Below, one piece after another: positions 8,532-17,063 of a stretch of DNA of 64,000 bases. Within the stretch, counting starts at the first letter, position 1, and every line of letters starts with the position of its first letter. Under the pieces are notes generated by a model, which had not been told where the DNA came from, searched no databases, and worked only from the letters and a program-made list of their open reading frames with translations. The DNA comes from a virus. A program made the translations under genes and the position numbers. Location of the stretch: IMG/VR virus record IMGVR_UViG_3300028024_000003; one strand, 5' to 3'.

Positions 8532-9410
8532 TTAAGCAGCGGTGTCGGTGGCCTCGCTAAGCTCGAAAACACCCAGTTCAGCGGCCAGTTCTGCGTTGCG
8601 CACGTTCGCCGAGAACACGCCAGCGTAGGCGGCCTTGAGCGGCTCCAGGCCTTTCGTGAACAGGCCGTGCGTGACATAGAGGTACAGCGGCTGGTCCGTC
8701 TTTTCGCGCAGCACGCGGGCCAGTTCGATGAAGGTGCCGCCGCCGTCGCAGATGTCGTCGACCACGAGCAGCGGCTTCGCTGGCACATCGCCCTGCACTT
8801 GGGCGCCCGAGAGCTTGCCCGTCACCGGGTCGCGCTTCTTGTCGGCAAACACCACTTCCGTGCCGAACATCTTGGCGAGCGCCGAGACGCGCTTGCGGGC
8901 GCCTGCGTCGGGCGCGACGAACGCGCATTCGCGCAGCAGGCTTGCCCCGCCCTTCATGCCGAACGCAGCAAACATCAGGTCGCGCGTCGGACGGATGCGC
9001 ACATTCTTGATGAGCGCGGGCGTAACGTCGCTGTGCGGGTCCCAGATTTCGACCTGGTCGAAGGCCAGGGCATTGATGAGGTTGCAGAAGACCGCAATCG
9101 AGAGCGGCTCGCCGTCCACGGCAACACGGTCCTGGCGGGCGTACGGCACGTAGGGCATCACGAGCTTCAGGATGCTGCCTGCGGGAATCACCCGGCGCAG
9201 TGCGTCCGTGACGAGCATCAGGTCCATGATGTCAGCAGGTGTGTAGACGCGCGCTTCAATGCTCCAGAAAGACACCGGGCCTGCGAGCAGTATGTCGTCG
9301 ACCGGCAGACGTGCGTGGCGCTCGCCACCCGGGAACGACATGAACTGGATGTCGGGGAAGCTGGTCATGTCGCCTTCGGCGGTGAACGAGTGCAGTGCAA
9401 TGTGGTTCAT
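8532..9410 (-). CDS. prs: Ribose-phosphate pyrophosphokinase family (Prs, or phage Adps-like)
   Basis: FPGGE, MPYVPYARQDR, DPHS, VAPDAGA, VVDDICDGGGTF, LYVTHG motifs; likely ATG at 9410. Confidence 0.9.
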   Translation of the reverse strand: MNHIALHSFTAEGDMTSFPDIQFMSFPGGERHARLPVDDILLAGPVSFWSIEARVYTPADIMDLMLVTDALRRVIPAGSILKLVMPYVPYARQDRVAVDGEPLSIAVFCNLINALAFDQVEIWDPHSDVTPALIKNVRIRPTRDLMFAAFGMKGGASLLRECAFVAPDAGARKRVSALAKMFGTEVVFADKKRDPVTGKLSGAQVQGDVPAKPLLVVDDICDGGGTFIELARVLREKTDQPLYLYVTHGLFTKGLEPLKAAYAGVFSANVRNAELAAELGVFELSEATDTAA

Positions 9411-9585
9411 GGTGATGGTTTTTGTTGGTTGATTGTTAATCGTTAATCGCATTTTACATCTAAGTATAGTCGCAGGTCAAGGGGATGATGCGAACACTTT
9501 CGCCGGGTGCCCTGGGCTCGCGCCTGGCGAAACCTATACTGCGTGAGTACCCTGTAAAATTCGTGGACAAAACTGGAGAATTTCA

Positions 9586-9852
9586 ATGGCTGTGGTCATC
9601 TATAGCAAAGAAGACGGCGTGTATCTGGGTTCCTTTCTTGGGCTGGGCTTCTGGACGAACCTCGACACGGCCGGTCAGTCCTCGGCGGTAACCTTCCCTT
9701 CCGAGCAGGCCGCCCGCGACTATATGGCGACCTGGGATACGCCTCCGCCGGCCGATGTGCAGGTGGTGGACGTTGTGCCTGATGACGGCCCGAACGGCGC
9801 GTCGGTAGCCGCCTGTGTTAAAGCGGGCCTTCCGGCCTGGGTAGCTAACTGA
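9586..9852 (+). CDS. Hypothetical protein
   Basis: GGAG RBS, CTATACT upstream, terminator downstream. Confidence 0.65.
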   Translation: MAVVIYSKEDGVYLGSFLGLGFWTNLDTAGQSSAVTFPSEQAARDYMATWDTPPPADVQVVDVVPDDGPNGASVAACVKAGLPAWVAN

Positions 9853-9872
9853 GCAGGCCTTGCATCATCCCT

Positions 9873-9937
9873 CAAGCCGCAGATTCGTCTGCGGCTTTTT
9901 TCATGGACGAAAAAAAGCCCGGCACTATGGCCGGGCT
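9873..9937. terminator. Pair of convergent terminators
   Basis: agccgcagattcgtctgcggct-T6 on + strand; A6-gcccggcactatggccgggct on - strand. Confidence 0.75.
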
Positions 9938-9995
9938 CAAAATAGCCAGAGGGACGCCCTGGCTGCCGATAGAGGGGTGTTGAGAGAGCCGCCGC

Positions 9996-11294
9996 TTAAC
10001 GGCAGACGTGCAGGTGAGCCGGTGCGTTGTCGGCGTTCAGCTGCGCCTTGAAGTCCATCACCAGCGCCAATTCCGGCTTGGCGAGGCTTTCCATGAGCGA
10101 CCAGCCGCCGTCAGCCACGAAGTCAGCATGCGGAACGGCGAGAATCACCGCGTCGGCCGGATTCGCCTGTGCATCTTCCAGCGAAACCATCGTGAGGCCC
10201 AGCTCGTGCTCGACTTCTGCCTGGTCAGCCAGCGGGTCGACGACTTGCACCTTCACGCCGTACTTGCCGAGCTCTTCGCAGATGTCAGCGACCTTCGAAT
10301 TGCGCACGTCCGGCACATTCTCCTTGAACGTCGCGCCGAGAACGGTCACGACCGTATCGCGGTTCACGCCAACCGTCTTGACCATCTTCTTCACCAGCTG
10401 GTCGACGATGAAGGCCGGCATCGAGTCGTTCGTGGCACGCGAGGCCATGATGAGCTTGGCGTTGAAGCCTTCTGCTGCGGCCTTGTGGCTCAGGTAGTAC
10501 GGGTCCACCGAAATGCAGTGACCGCCGACCAGACCCGGCTGGAACTTCAGGAAGTTCCATTTGGTGCCCGCCGCTTCCAGCACGTCGTGCGTGTCGACGC
10601 CGCAGTGCGTGAAAACCTGATAGACCTCGTTCATCAGCGCGATGTTGACGTCACGCTGCACGTTTTCGAGGACTTTCGCGCTTTCCGCGACCTTGATGGC
10701 GGGAGCACGGTGGATGTTCGTAATCGAACCGTACAGGGCCGCCAGGGTTTCGAGCACTTCAGGCCGGTCGCCTGAGACAATCTTGGTCGTGTTCGTCAGG
10801 CGGTGCACCTGGTCACCCGGGTTGATACGTTCCGGCGAGTAGCCGATGGCAAACTCTTCCGGATAGCTGTAGCCCGAAACCTTTTGCAGCACGGGCAGGC
10901 ATTCTTCTTCCGTCGCGCCGGGATAGACCGTGCTTTCGTAGACGACGATGGCGCCCTTCTTCATCACCTGGGCCACCGTACGGGTAGCGGCCAGCACGCA
11001 GCCCATGTCGGGCACGTTTGCTTCGCTTACCGGCGTCGGCACGGTCACGATGAAAATGTCAGCTTCGCGCAGGTTCTCGACGTCCGCCGTCAGCATCAGG
11101 CGCTTGTCGGCGAGCAGGCCGCTTAGCTCGTCGCTCTCCATTTCACGCGTGCGGTCGAAGCCCTGGCTCAGTTCGGTGACGCGCTCGACGTTGATGTCGA
11201 AACCGATAACGTTATTGTGCTTGGCCAGCTCCAGCGCGAGCGGTGCGCCGACATAACCGAGGCCGATGATTGCGATTTGCGAAGTCTTATTCAT
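9996..11294 (-). CDS. UDP-glucose/UDP-HexNAc 6-dehydrogenase (TviB/WbpO-like)
   Basis: GLGYVG Rossmann motif, VPTP, YESTVYPG, SPERINPG, AKVLEN, GGHCI catalytic Cys, LGATFKENV. Confidence 0.92.
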   Translation of the reverse strand: MNKTSQIAIIGLGYVGAPLALELAKHNNVIGFDINVERVTELSQGFDRTREMESDELSGLLADKRLMLTADVENLREADIFIVTVPTPVSEANVPDMGCVLAATRTVAQVMKKGAIVVYESTVYPGATEEECLPVLQKVSGYSYPEEFAIGYSPERINPGDQVHRLTNTTKIVSGDRPEVLETLAALYGSITNIHRAPAIKVAESAKVLENVQRDVNIALMNEVYQVFTHCGVDTHDVLEAAGTKWNFLKFQPGLVGGHCISVDPYYLSHKAAAEGFNAKLIMASRATNDSMPAFIVDQLVKKMVKTVGVNRDTVVTVLGATFKENVPDVRNSKVADICEELGKYGVKVQVVDPLADQAEVEHELGLTMVSLEDAQANPADAVILAVPHADFVADGGWSLMESLAKPELALVMDFKAQLNADNAPAHLHVCR

Positions 11295-11510
11295 TTTCAA
11301 ACGTCCCGTATTAATTTGACCAGTTCAGACTGGCATTAGCGTGGTTAACAGCACTGCTACCGGCAAGTAGAACTATCTCAGTGCATGGTTCCCATTATAG
11401 CACAGAATGCAGTCAACGGGAACGAAAAGATGCCCTAATTACTATGGTATATCATTAATTGCGATTTACATCTTTTGCTTGGCTGCCAGCCTTTGCCGAC
11501 CGGCATAGCC

Positions 11511-12584
11511 TCAGTTGCGAGGGTCTGCGTTACGTGCAATCCAGCTGCGCAGGTAGTCCAGTCGAGCTTCCGAACCCGTGATTTGAGCCTGGGTGCCCAT
11601 CTGTTCGAGCGTCGCCTGGCGCATCGCGCGCTGTGCGTCGTCGGACTGGATGCCCTTCAACCGCTCGACCGTGTTGTCGGCCAGTGCCTTGCGTTCGTAG
11701 AGGCCTTGCAGAATGCCTTCTTCGGCCGTAATCAGGCCATGCGCCGTTTCCTTGGCGCGCAGAAACTGCTGCACCGGGCCATCGCGTTGCTCGCTCTGGT
11801 ACTTCTCGGCCAGTCCGCCAACCGACTTGGCTGCGCGATTCGCCGCGCCAGCCCCGAAGCTGTAGCTGACCGTCAGGCCGATGAAGGGCTTGGTAGCGCC
11901 GCCTGAGCGCGGGTCCGTCTGTGCGCCGGCCGCAATAGATACGTCCCATGCCGATTGCGCCGCCAGCTCGCTCGTTTCGCTTGCTACGGCCGCGTGCGCC
12001 GCGATGGCTTCGTGCACCAGACCGCCCAGCGGAACGTCCGCCTCGGGGAGTTGGTTGGCGATACGGGCGCGAGCTTGTTGCAGCGCCGTAAGTAGACTGC
12101 GCACCACGTCGCGCGCGTCGTAGGCTGCCTTCACGTCGGAGAGCGACGAAGTATGGACGCCCAGCATCGCTTCTTCCTTTTTCACGTTCGCATTGGCAAT
12201 GTCGAGCGCCTGACGCAGCACCGGCTCCATTGCTTCGAAGGCGTGCAGGTTGCCGCGCTGTTCGACGTTCTGAGCCTGCTCTGCGAGCTTGCGGTCGGCG
12301 CGATAGGCGTCGCACGTAGCATCCGCCAGTTCGCCCGTCGTGCGGGCTTGCAGCTGCTTCGACAGGGACTTGCTGAAGCCTACCGTGATGGTGCTGCTGT
12401 TACCCGTTGCCGGGTTACCAGTCGTGGCGAACATCTGCGCCGAACCGAGCAGTTGCTTCTGCACTTCAGCCTGAGCCTGCGTCAGCTGGCAGAACGAGTC
12501 GGATTCATCGGCAAAACTGGAGGTCGAGATGGCCGCGAGTGCCACGGCGACGGCGAGCGTCTTGTACTTGGGATGCATGTTCAC
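11511..12584 (-). CDS. Secreted protein, probable TolC/outer-membrane-factor-like
   Basis: Sec signal peptide ending SSFA; long amphipathic helices with two beta-strand segments (ITVGFSKSL; WDVSIAAG...FIGLTVSYSF); fold assignment is inference. Confidence 0.55.
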   Translation of the reverse strand: MNMHPKYKTLAVAVALAAISTSSFADESDSFCQLTQAQAEVQKQLLGSAQMFATTGNPATGNSSTITVGFSKSLSKQLQARTTGELADATCDAYRADRKLAEQAQNVEQRGNLHAFEAMEPVLRQALDIANANVKKEEAMLGVHTSSLSDVKAAYDARDVVRSLLTALQQARARIANQLPEADVPLGGLVHEAIAAHAAVASETSELAAQSAWDVSIAAGAQTDPRSGGATKPFIGLTVSYSFGAGAANRAAKSVGGLAEKYQSEQRDGPVQQFLRAKETAHGLITAEEGILQGLYERKALADNTVERLKGIQSDDAQRAMRQATLEQMGTQAQITGSEARLDYLRSWIARNADPRN

Positions 12585-12759
12585 TACCTCTATCGGCTTT
12601 TAATGTTATATACGAATAACAACTAATGCAGTCATTATATCAAAAAACAGCTACCGGAGCAATGTGTGTTTGATGTTTTGTGATATACGCCTGAGGAACC
12701 GCCAGGCAAGACTGGAGAAACAAACGGCCGGAGCATTGCGCCCCGGCCGGGTTGGAACA

Positions 12760-13872
12760 TCAGAGGATGTAGAAGGGGCTGTGGCCGACGAACAGAACCT
12801 GGTCCTTGGCTGCCTTGTTGTCGTCGAGGTCCAGTTCGACCAGGACGCCGCGCAGTTGCGTGCTGAACAGCGGATGCTGAGCGTGTTCTTCGTCCTTGGT
12901 AATCGACTTCACCCGACCGACCTTGAAGCACAGCACGATTTCAGCCTTGCACGAGTACACCGGAGCGCCGACGTGCGCAGAATCTTCGTTGTCGTACGGC
13001 ACGAAAGCGAAACGACGCGTGTCCTTGTCGCCATACGCGGCCATGTAGTACGGGCTTGCCTTGAGGCCGTTGAGCATCGTTTCGAGTTCCGCGGCTTCCT
13101 TGGCCTTGACGCTTACATCGGCATTCAGTTGCACCAGCTTGAGGTTGGTTTCGCTCAGGCTCTGCTTGAGCATGCTGACCTGCGCCAGGCTTTGCATCGC
13201 TTCCGGCGAGCTATTGCCGCCACCGAGCGACGCCACGCCACGCGTCAGCTGCGAAATCTGGTTGTCAATCGTCGCTGCCGCCACCTTGCTGTCCGCGAGA
13301 GCCGATTCAGCCGTCACCAGCCCTGCCCGTGCCTGCGTCGCCGACACGTTCGTCATGAGGCCTGCCTTGAGCGCCTGGTCGATGTTGGCCGACACCTGAC
13401 GGTTCGCTGCCACGACCTGCGCTGCTCTTGCATTGATAGCCTTGCGCTCGGCAACCAGCTTTTGCAACTGACCGTTGAAGGCTGCGTTGGCGTCCTTCTC
13501 GTCGCCCAGCGAGTGCTCGTAGCGGCCGATGATGCCCGTGAGCCAGTCACGTTGCGTTTGCAGCAGGTTACGCGCCTGTTCTGCGCTGTCGAGCTCGCCC
13601 TTCATCTGGTCATAGTTCTGCTTGGCCGTAAACACCTGGGCGGCAAGCTGCGCAACGTGCGGGTCCGACTTGCTCAGGATGACCGGCGCGACCCAGCTCG
13701 AATTGAGCACGAACGTCAGCATGGTAATGCCGTAACCCGACGCGCACAGCAGGATTGCTGTCAGCAGGAAAACGGCCAGGTAGCGGTAGCTCTTCAGCAG
13801 GGCGCCCTGGTATTTCGACATCTGGAAGCGGGCGAAGAAGTTGCCGCTCGTTGCATTTGCGGGAGTGCTCAT
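12760..13872 (-). CDS. Membrane-fusion/periplasmic adaptor-like protein
   Basis: One N-terminal TM helix, long coiled coil, beta-rich C-terminus (FAFVPY...VGAPVY...GVLVELDL). Confidence 0.65.
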   Translation of the reverse strand: MSTPANATSGNFFARFQMSKYQGALLKSYRYLAVFLLTAILLCASGYGITMLTFVLNSSWVAPVILSKSDPHVAQLAAQVFTAKQNYDQMKGELDSAEQARNLLQTQRDWLTGIIGRYEHSLGDEKDANAAFNGQLQKLVAERKAINARAAQVVAANRQVSANIDQALKAGLMTNVSATQARAGLVTAESALADSKVAAATIDNQISQLTRGVASLGGGNSSPEAMQSLAQVSMLKQSLSETNLKLVQLNADVSVKAKEAAELETMLNGLKASPYYMAAYGDKDTRRFAFVPYDNEDSAHVGAPVYSCKAEIVLCFKVGRVKSITKDEEHAQHPLFSTQLRGVLVELDLDDNKAAKDQVLFVGHSPFYIL

Positions 13873-13987
13873 GGATTTTCTCGGCTAATAAGTGTTATGG
13901 CTAAACAGGTGAATCTCTAACTGATGATTAGCATTATAGCACAGAATGTATGTTAAGTGCAAATAACGACTAAGTTAAGTTGCAGTT

Positions 13988-15250
13988 TTAGTTCGCGGGA
14001 GTCGCATCCTGCGGTTGCTCGGCGGTGGCAACCTTTTCTCGCGTACCCCACGCGTCCTGGTCGAACGAGAACAGCGCCATGAAGTGCAGCATCAGCGAAA
14101 TGAGGCCCCATGCCTGGAACAGTCCCACGAGCAGCACCGAGTTGATTTTCTTCGAGCCCGGCATCAGACGCGGGGCATAGATGTTGTAGGCCATCGCCGC
14201 GATAATCGAGCTCAGTGCGCCGTACACCACGCCGTAGCAGGCACCCTTCCAGAACACACCCGGGCCGTAGACTTTCACGCAACTCAGCGCGAAGAAAGTC
14301 ACGAGAATGGCGAGCAGATACGGCATCAGCCAGGTCAGCGTGCGATTCACGCCGACGATGCGGAAGTTCTTGCGCAGCGTAACGAGTGTCCAGACCGCAT
14401 CACGCAGCGCCGAGCGCGACCAGCGAAGCTGCTGCTTGAACAGCACGTCGAACTTGTTGGGAACCGACGTCCAGCAGATAGCGTGTGGGTTGATGAGGGT
14501 ACGCCAGCCGCGCAGCATGACCGTGTGCGTCATGTAGCGGTCCTCGCCCGCGCGAACCTTCACGCCCAGGAAGTTCAGATTCTTGATGTCGTCCTCGATG
14601 TCGCGGTAGACCGACGCGCGGATGGAGAACAGGCAACCGCTGATGCAGCTGACGCCACCTTGGAGAATCTGCGTGAGCTTGCCCAGCTGGAAGCTGCGGA
14701 AGTACGTAATGGCCTGCGCCATCGTGTAGACGTTGTCGTTCACGTTGGTAATGCCGACCGAGCCGCCGACCGCGCCGACACGCGAGTCTCCGCCGAAGCA
14801 CGCCACGAGTTCCTTGATGACGTCCTTGTGAAAGATGCAGTCGCTGTCGATGACGATGAAAATCTCGCCCGTCGCGTGTTTTGAGGCGTTCAGCACGGTC
14901 AGGTGCTTGCCCGAGTTCACCGGGTTGCGGCCGACCCGCACGAGGCCCGGATTCGCGTCAGCAATCTGCTGCACGTACATCATCGAGTCGTCCTTGCTGA
15001 AGTCGTCGTAAGCGATGATTTCCAGCTTGTCGCGCGGCCAGTCCGCATTGATGATGCTGTTCAGCGTGTTCAGGATGTTTTCGCCCTCGTTGTAGACGGG
15101 CACGAGAACGCTGACCTTGGGCTGGTAGGTGTAATCGCGTCGCGGCTCCGCGGCCTTCGTGAGCAGACGCAACAGGAAGTTGACCGCCGTGCAGATGATG
15201 AGCAGCACCGGCAGCAGTTCGAAGATTTCCAGCATGACGTGGAAAAACAT
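13988..15250 (-). CDS. Processive GT2 synthase, NodC/hyaluronan-synthase-like
   Basis: VLVPVYNE, DDFSKD, GK, IDSD, CISG, GEDRYMT, QQLRWSR (QxxRW); N-terminal TM and about three C-terminal TMs. Confidence 0.9.
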   Translation of the reverse strand: MFFHVMLEIFELLPVLLIICTAVNFLLRLLTKAAEPRRDYTYQPKVSVLVPVYNEGENILNTLNSIINADWPRDKLEIIAYDDFSKDDSMMYVQQIADANPGLVRVGRNPVNSGKHLTVLNASKHATGEIFIVIDSDCIFHKDVIKELVACFGGDSRVGAVGGSVGITNVNDNVYTMAQAITYFRSFQLGKLTQILQGGVSCISGCLFSIRASVYRDIEDDIKNLNFLGVKVRAGEDRYMTHTVMLRGWRTLINPHAICWTSVPNKFDVLFKQQLRWSRSALRDAVWTLVTLRKNFRIVGVNRTLTWLMPYLLAILVTFFALSCVKVYGPGVFWKGACYGVVYGALSSIIAAMAYNIYAPRLMPGSKKINSVLLVGLFQAWGLISLMLHFMALFSFDQDAWGTREKVATAEQPQDATPAN

Positions 15251-15486
15251 GGCATTTCCTCAGAGGCAGAGATTGACTAACTAACTGCCATTATACCACG
15301 TTATGCGTAAATTACAACTAACACTAAAGCGGATTTGTTAACTATTTGCAGGGCTTTTCAACGCGGCCCGCTGACTCAAGACGCGACAAGCAAGCCTCCC
15401 GTCTCCTTCCCTGGCTGCCAGGTCTCGGGGCACACTTGCGCACGGCTCTTTTCTCGCTATACTGCTTATTGTCGAATCCGAGCAAA

Positions 15487-15687
15487 ATGAGCAATCTGGA
15501 ATACCCCGAATCCTCCGCATCGTCGGCCGACTGGCGCGCTTGGCTGGAGGAACTGCAAGACTTGCGGCAAACCGCAGAAGTTAAATCCGCCATCCGGCAG
15601 GCCGAGCAGGTGCTGAAGTCCCGGCGAAGCACGGACAAACGAGCCGCGCGAAAGCATCGCGACTGTTATGAGCTGGATGCAGCCTGA
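15487..15687 (+). CDS. Small helical hypothetical protein
   Basis: ATG 15487 downstream of TTGCGC...TATACT promoter. Confidence 0.55.
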   Translation: MSNLEYPESSASSADWRAWLEELQDLRQTAEVKSAIRQAEQVLKSRRSTDKRAARKHRDCYELDAA

Positions 15688-15728
15688 AACCCGCGTCGCC
15701 TTGCTGGACGCATGAACTCTCAACCCGC

Positions 15729-15959
15729 ATGAACAACCGGTCCGCCCACAAGTTCACCGACATCTCGAGTGAAGAGTTTCGCGAGTACACGTTTCCCACA
15801 GGTCTGAAGGTCCGCATCGACGCGCCGACCGACCTCGCTGTCAGCGCGAGTGGTGGCCATCGCATCCTCGATGCGGCCGGCATGAGCCACTATGTGCCAC
15901 CGCAATGGGTCCATCTGACGTGGAAGGCGAAGCCGGGTCAACCGAACTTCGTAGCCTGA
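15729..15959 (+). CDS. Small hypothetical protein
   Basis: Compact beta-rich ORF DISSEEFREY...GGHR...SHYVP..W. Confidence 0.7.
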   Translation: MNNRSAHKFTDISSEEFREYTFPTGLKVRIDAPTDLAVSASGGHRILDAAGMSHYVPPQWVHLTWKAKPGQPNFVA

Positions 15960-16060
15960 CGGGCGAATTGCCAAGCGGCAGATGCTGCCCAGGCCAAGCT
16001 TCCCGGCAGCTTGCGTCGTTCGATAGAATAGCGACACTTTCTCAAATCCCCTGATGCCTC

Positions 16061-16552
16061 GTGTCGAAGAAATCATCCCGTAGGAAGCCCGTCCGAAGAG
16101 GTATCTCACCGCTCCTTGGCGCTCTCGTGCGCGAGGCTACGCCCACCGCGCAGCATCCTGCTTTGCTGCAGGCTTTCGTGGCCCTCGATGCATTCAAGGC
16201 GGGGCGCGGGGGCGGGGGCCTGTTCGTCGAGCTGGCGCAGCTCTATGTAGTGTCAGAGAAGCTGTGCGAACGCGGCTACTACCCGGAGCGGCTGAGCGTA
16301 TGCAAAACGGCACAGGATGCCATTTGCGCGATGGAAAGCCGCTATCCCTCGGAGAACGACGACTGGGCCGCCAGTCCGGATGAGTATGCCCGGATGCGAG
16401 CCGGGGTCGAGCTGCTTGACGAGCAGCTGATGATTGCGTCGATAGACGATTACCGGATGGCAGAAAAACTGATGGCCATCTACGTGCTTACGTCCAACGA
16501 CGGGGCCGAAGGCGAAGCAACCGAACCGAGCACCGAGCTAAAAGACGCATGA
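16061..16552 (+). CDS. Hypothetical helical protein
   Basis: ORF with normal codon usage; stop overlaps next ATG. Confidence 0.65.
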   Translation: MSKKSSRRKPVRRGISPLLGALVREATPTAQHPALLQAFVALDAFKAGRGGGGLFVELAQLYVVSEKLCERGYYPERLSVCKTAQDAICAMESRYPSENDDWAASPDEYARMRAGVELLDEQLMIASIDDYRMAEKLMAIYVLTSNDGAEGEATEPSTELKDA

Positions 16553-16704
16553 CTGAGCGCAAAACGCCATATTTCATCCCGCGCACCGCGCCGCCGACCA
16601 AAGAAGGGGTCGACAGGCTGCGCAGAGAGTTCTATGCAGCCGTGTCGGCGGCGCGGTGCGCAAGGAACCAGGAACCTGGCGACAAGGGCGCCACGGGCCG
16701 ATAA
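16549..16704 (+). CDS. Small ORF (51 aa) missed by the ORF track
   Basis: ATGA overlap with upstream stop; MTERKTPYFIPRTAPPTKEGVDRLRREFY... Confidence 0.45.
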   Translation: MTERKTPYFIPRTAPPTKEGVDRLRREFYAAVSAARCARNQEPGDKGATGR

Positions 16705-16764
16705 AAGGCCGCAAAAAAGCCACGGACGAGCCGTGGCGAGTGAGTGGTCCAGTTTCCTGTCAGT

Positions 16765-16998
16765 TCAATGTCCGACCAGGCGTTCAGCGTCGAGGGCGAA
16801 GTCGCCCTCCCGTTCGGCTTCAGCCTCAGCTGCGATGGCTGCGGTCGTGAACGTCGTGACTTCGAGCTTTTCGCCCACGTTATCCCGTCCGAGCTTAGCG
16901 GCAATCCACGTTGCGGCGTCCGACAGCCCCTGGATGTCGTCACCGTTGTCTTCGAACGTGATGACCGCGATGACCTGCTTTAGCTTTTTTTGGCTCAT
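16765..16998 (-). CDS. Small acidic hypothetical protein
   Basis: ATG 16998 with GAGGAAAG RBS; terminator hairpin at 16714-16740. Confidence 0.65.
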   Translation of the reverse strand: MSQKKLKQVIAVITFEDNGDDIQGLSDAATWIAAKLGRDNVGEKLEVTTFTTAAIAAEAEAEREGDFALDAERLVGH

Positions 16999-17063
16999 TG
17001 GCTCTTTCCTCGATGGTTGTGACAGCACATGCTGCAACAAGGTATAGCCGCCGCAGACAGCGC

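Noticed and set aside
13988-15250. Nodulation (nodABC) locus
   Set aside because: No NodA or NodB homolog or nod box nearby; neighbours point to polymer export and a uronic-acid precursor.
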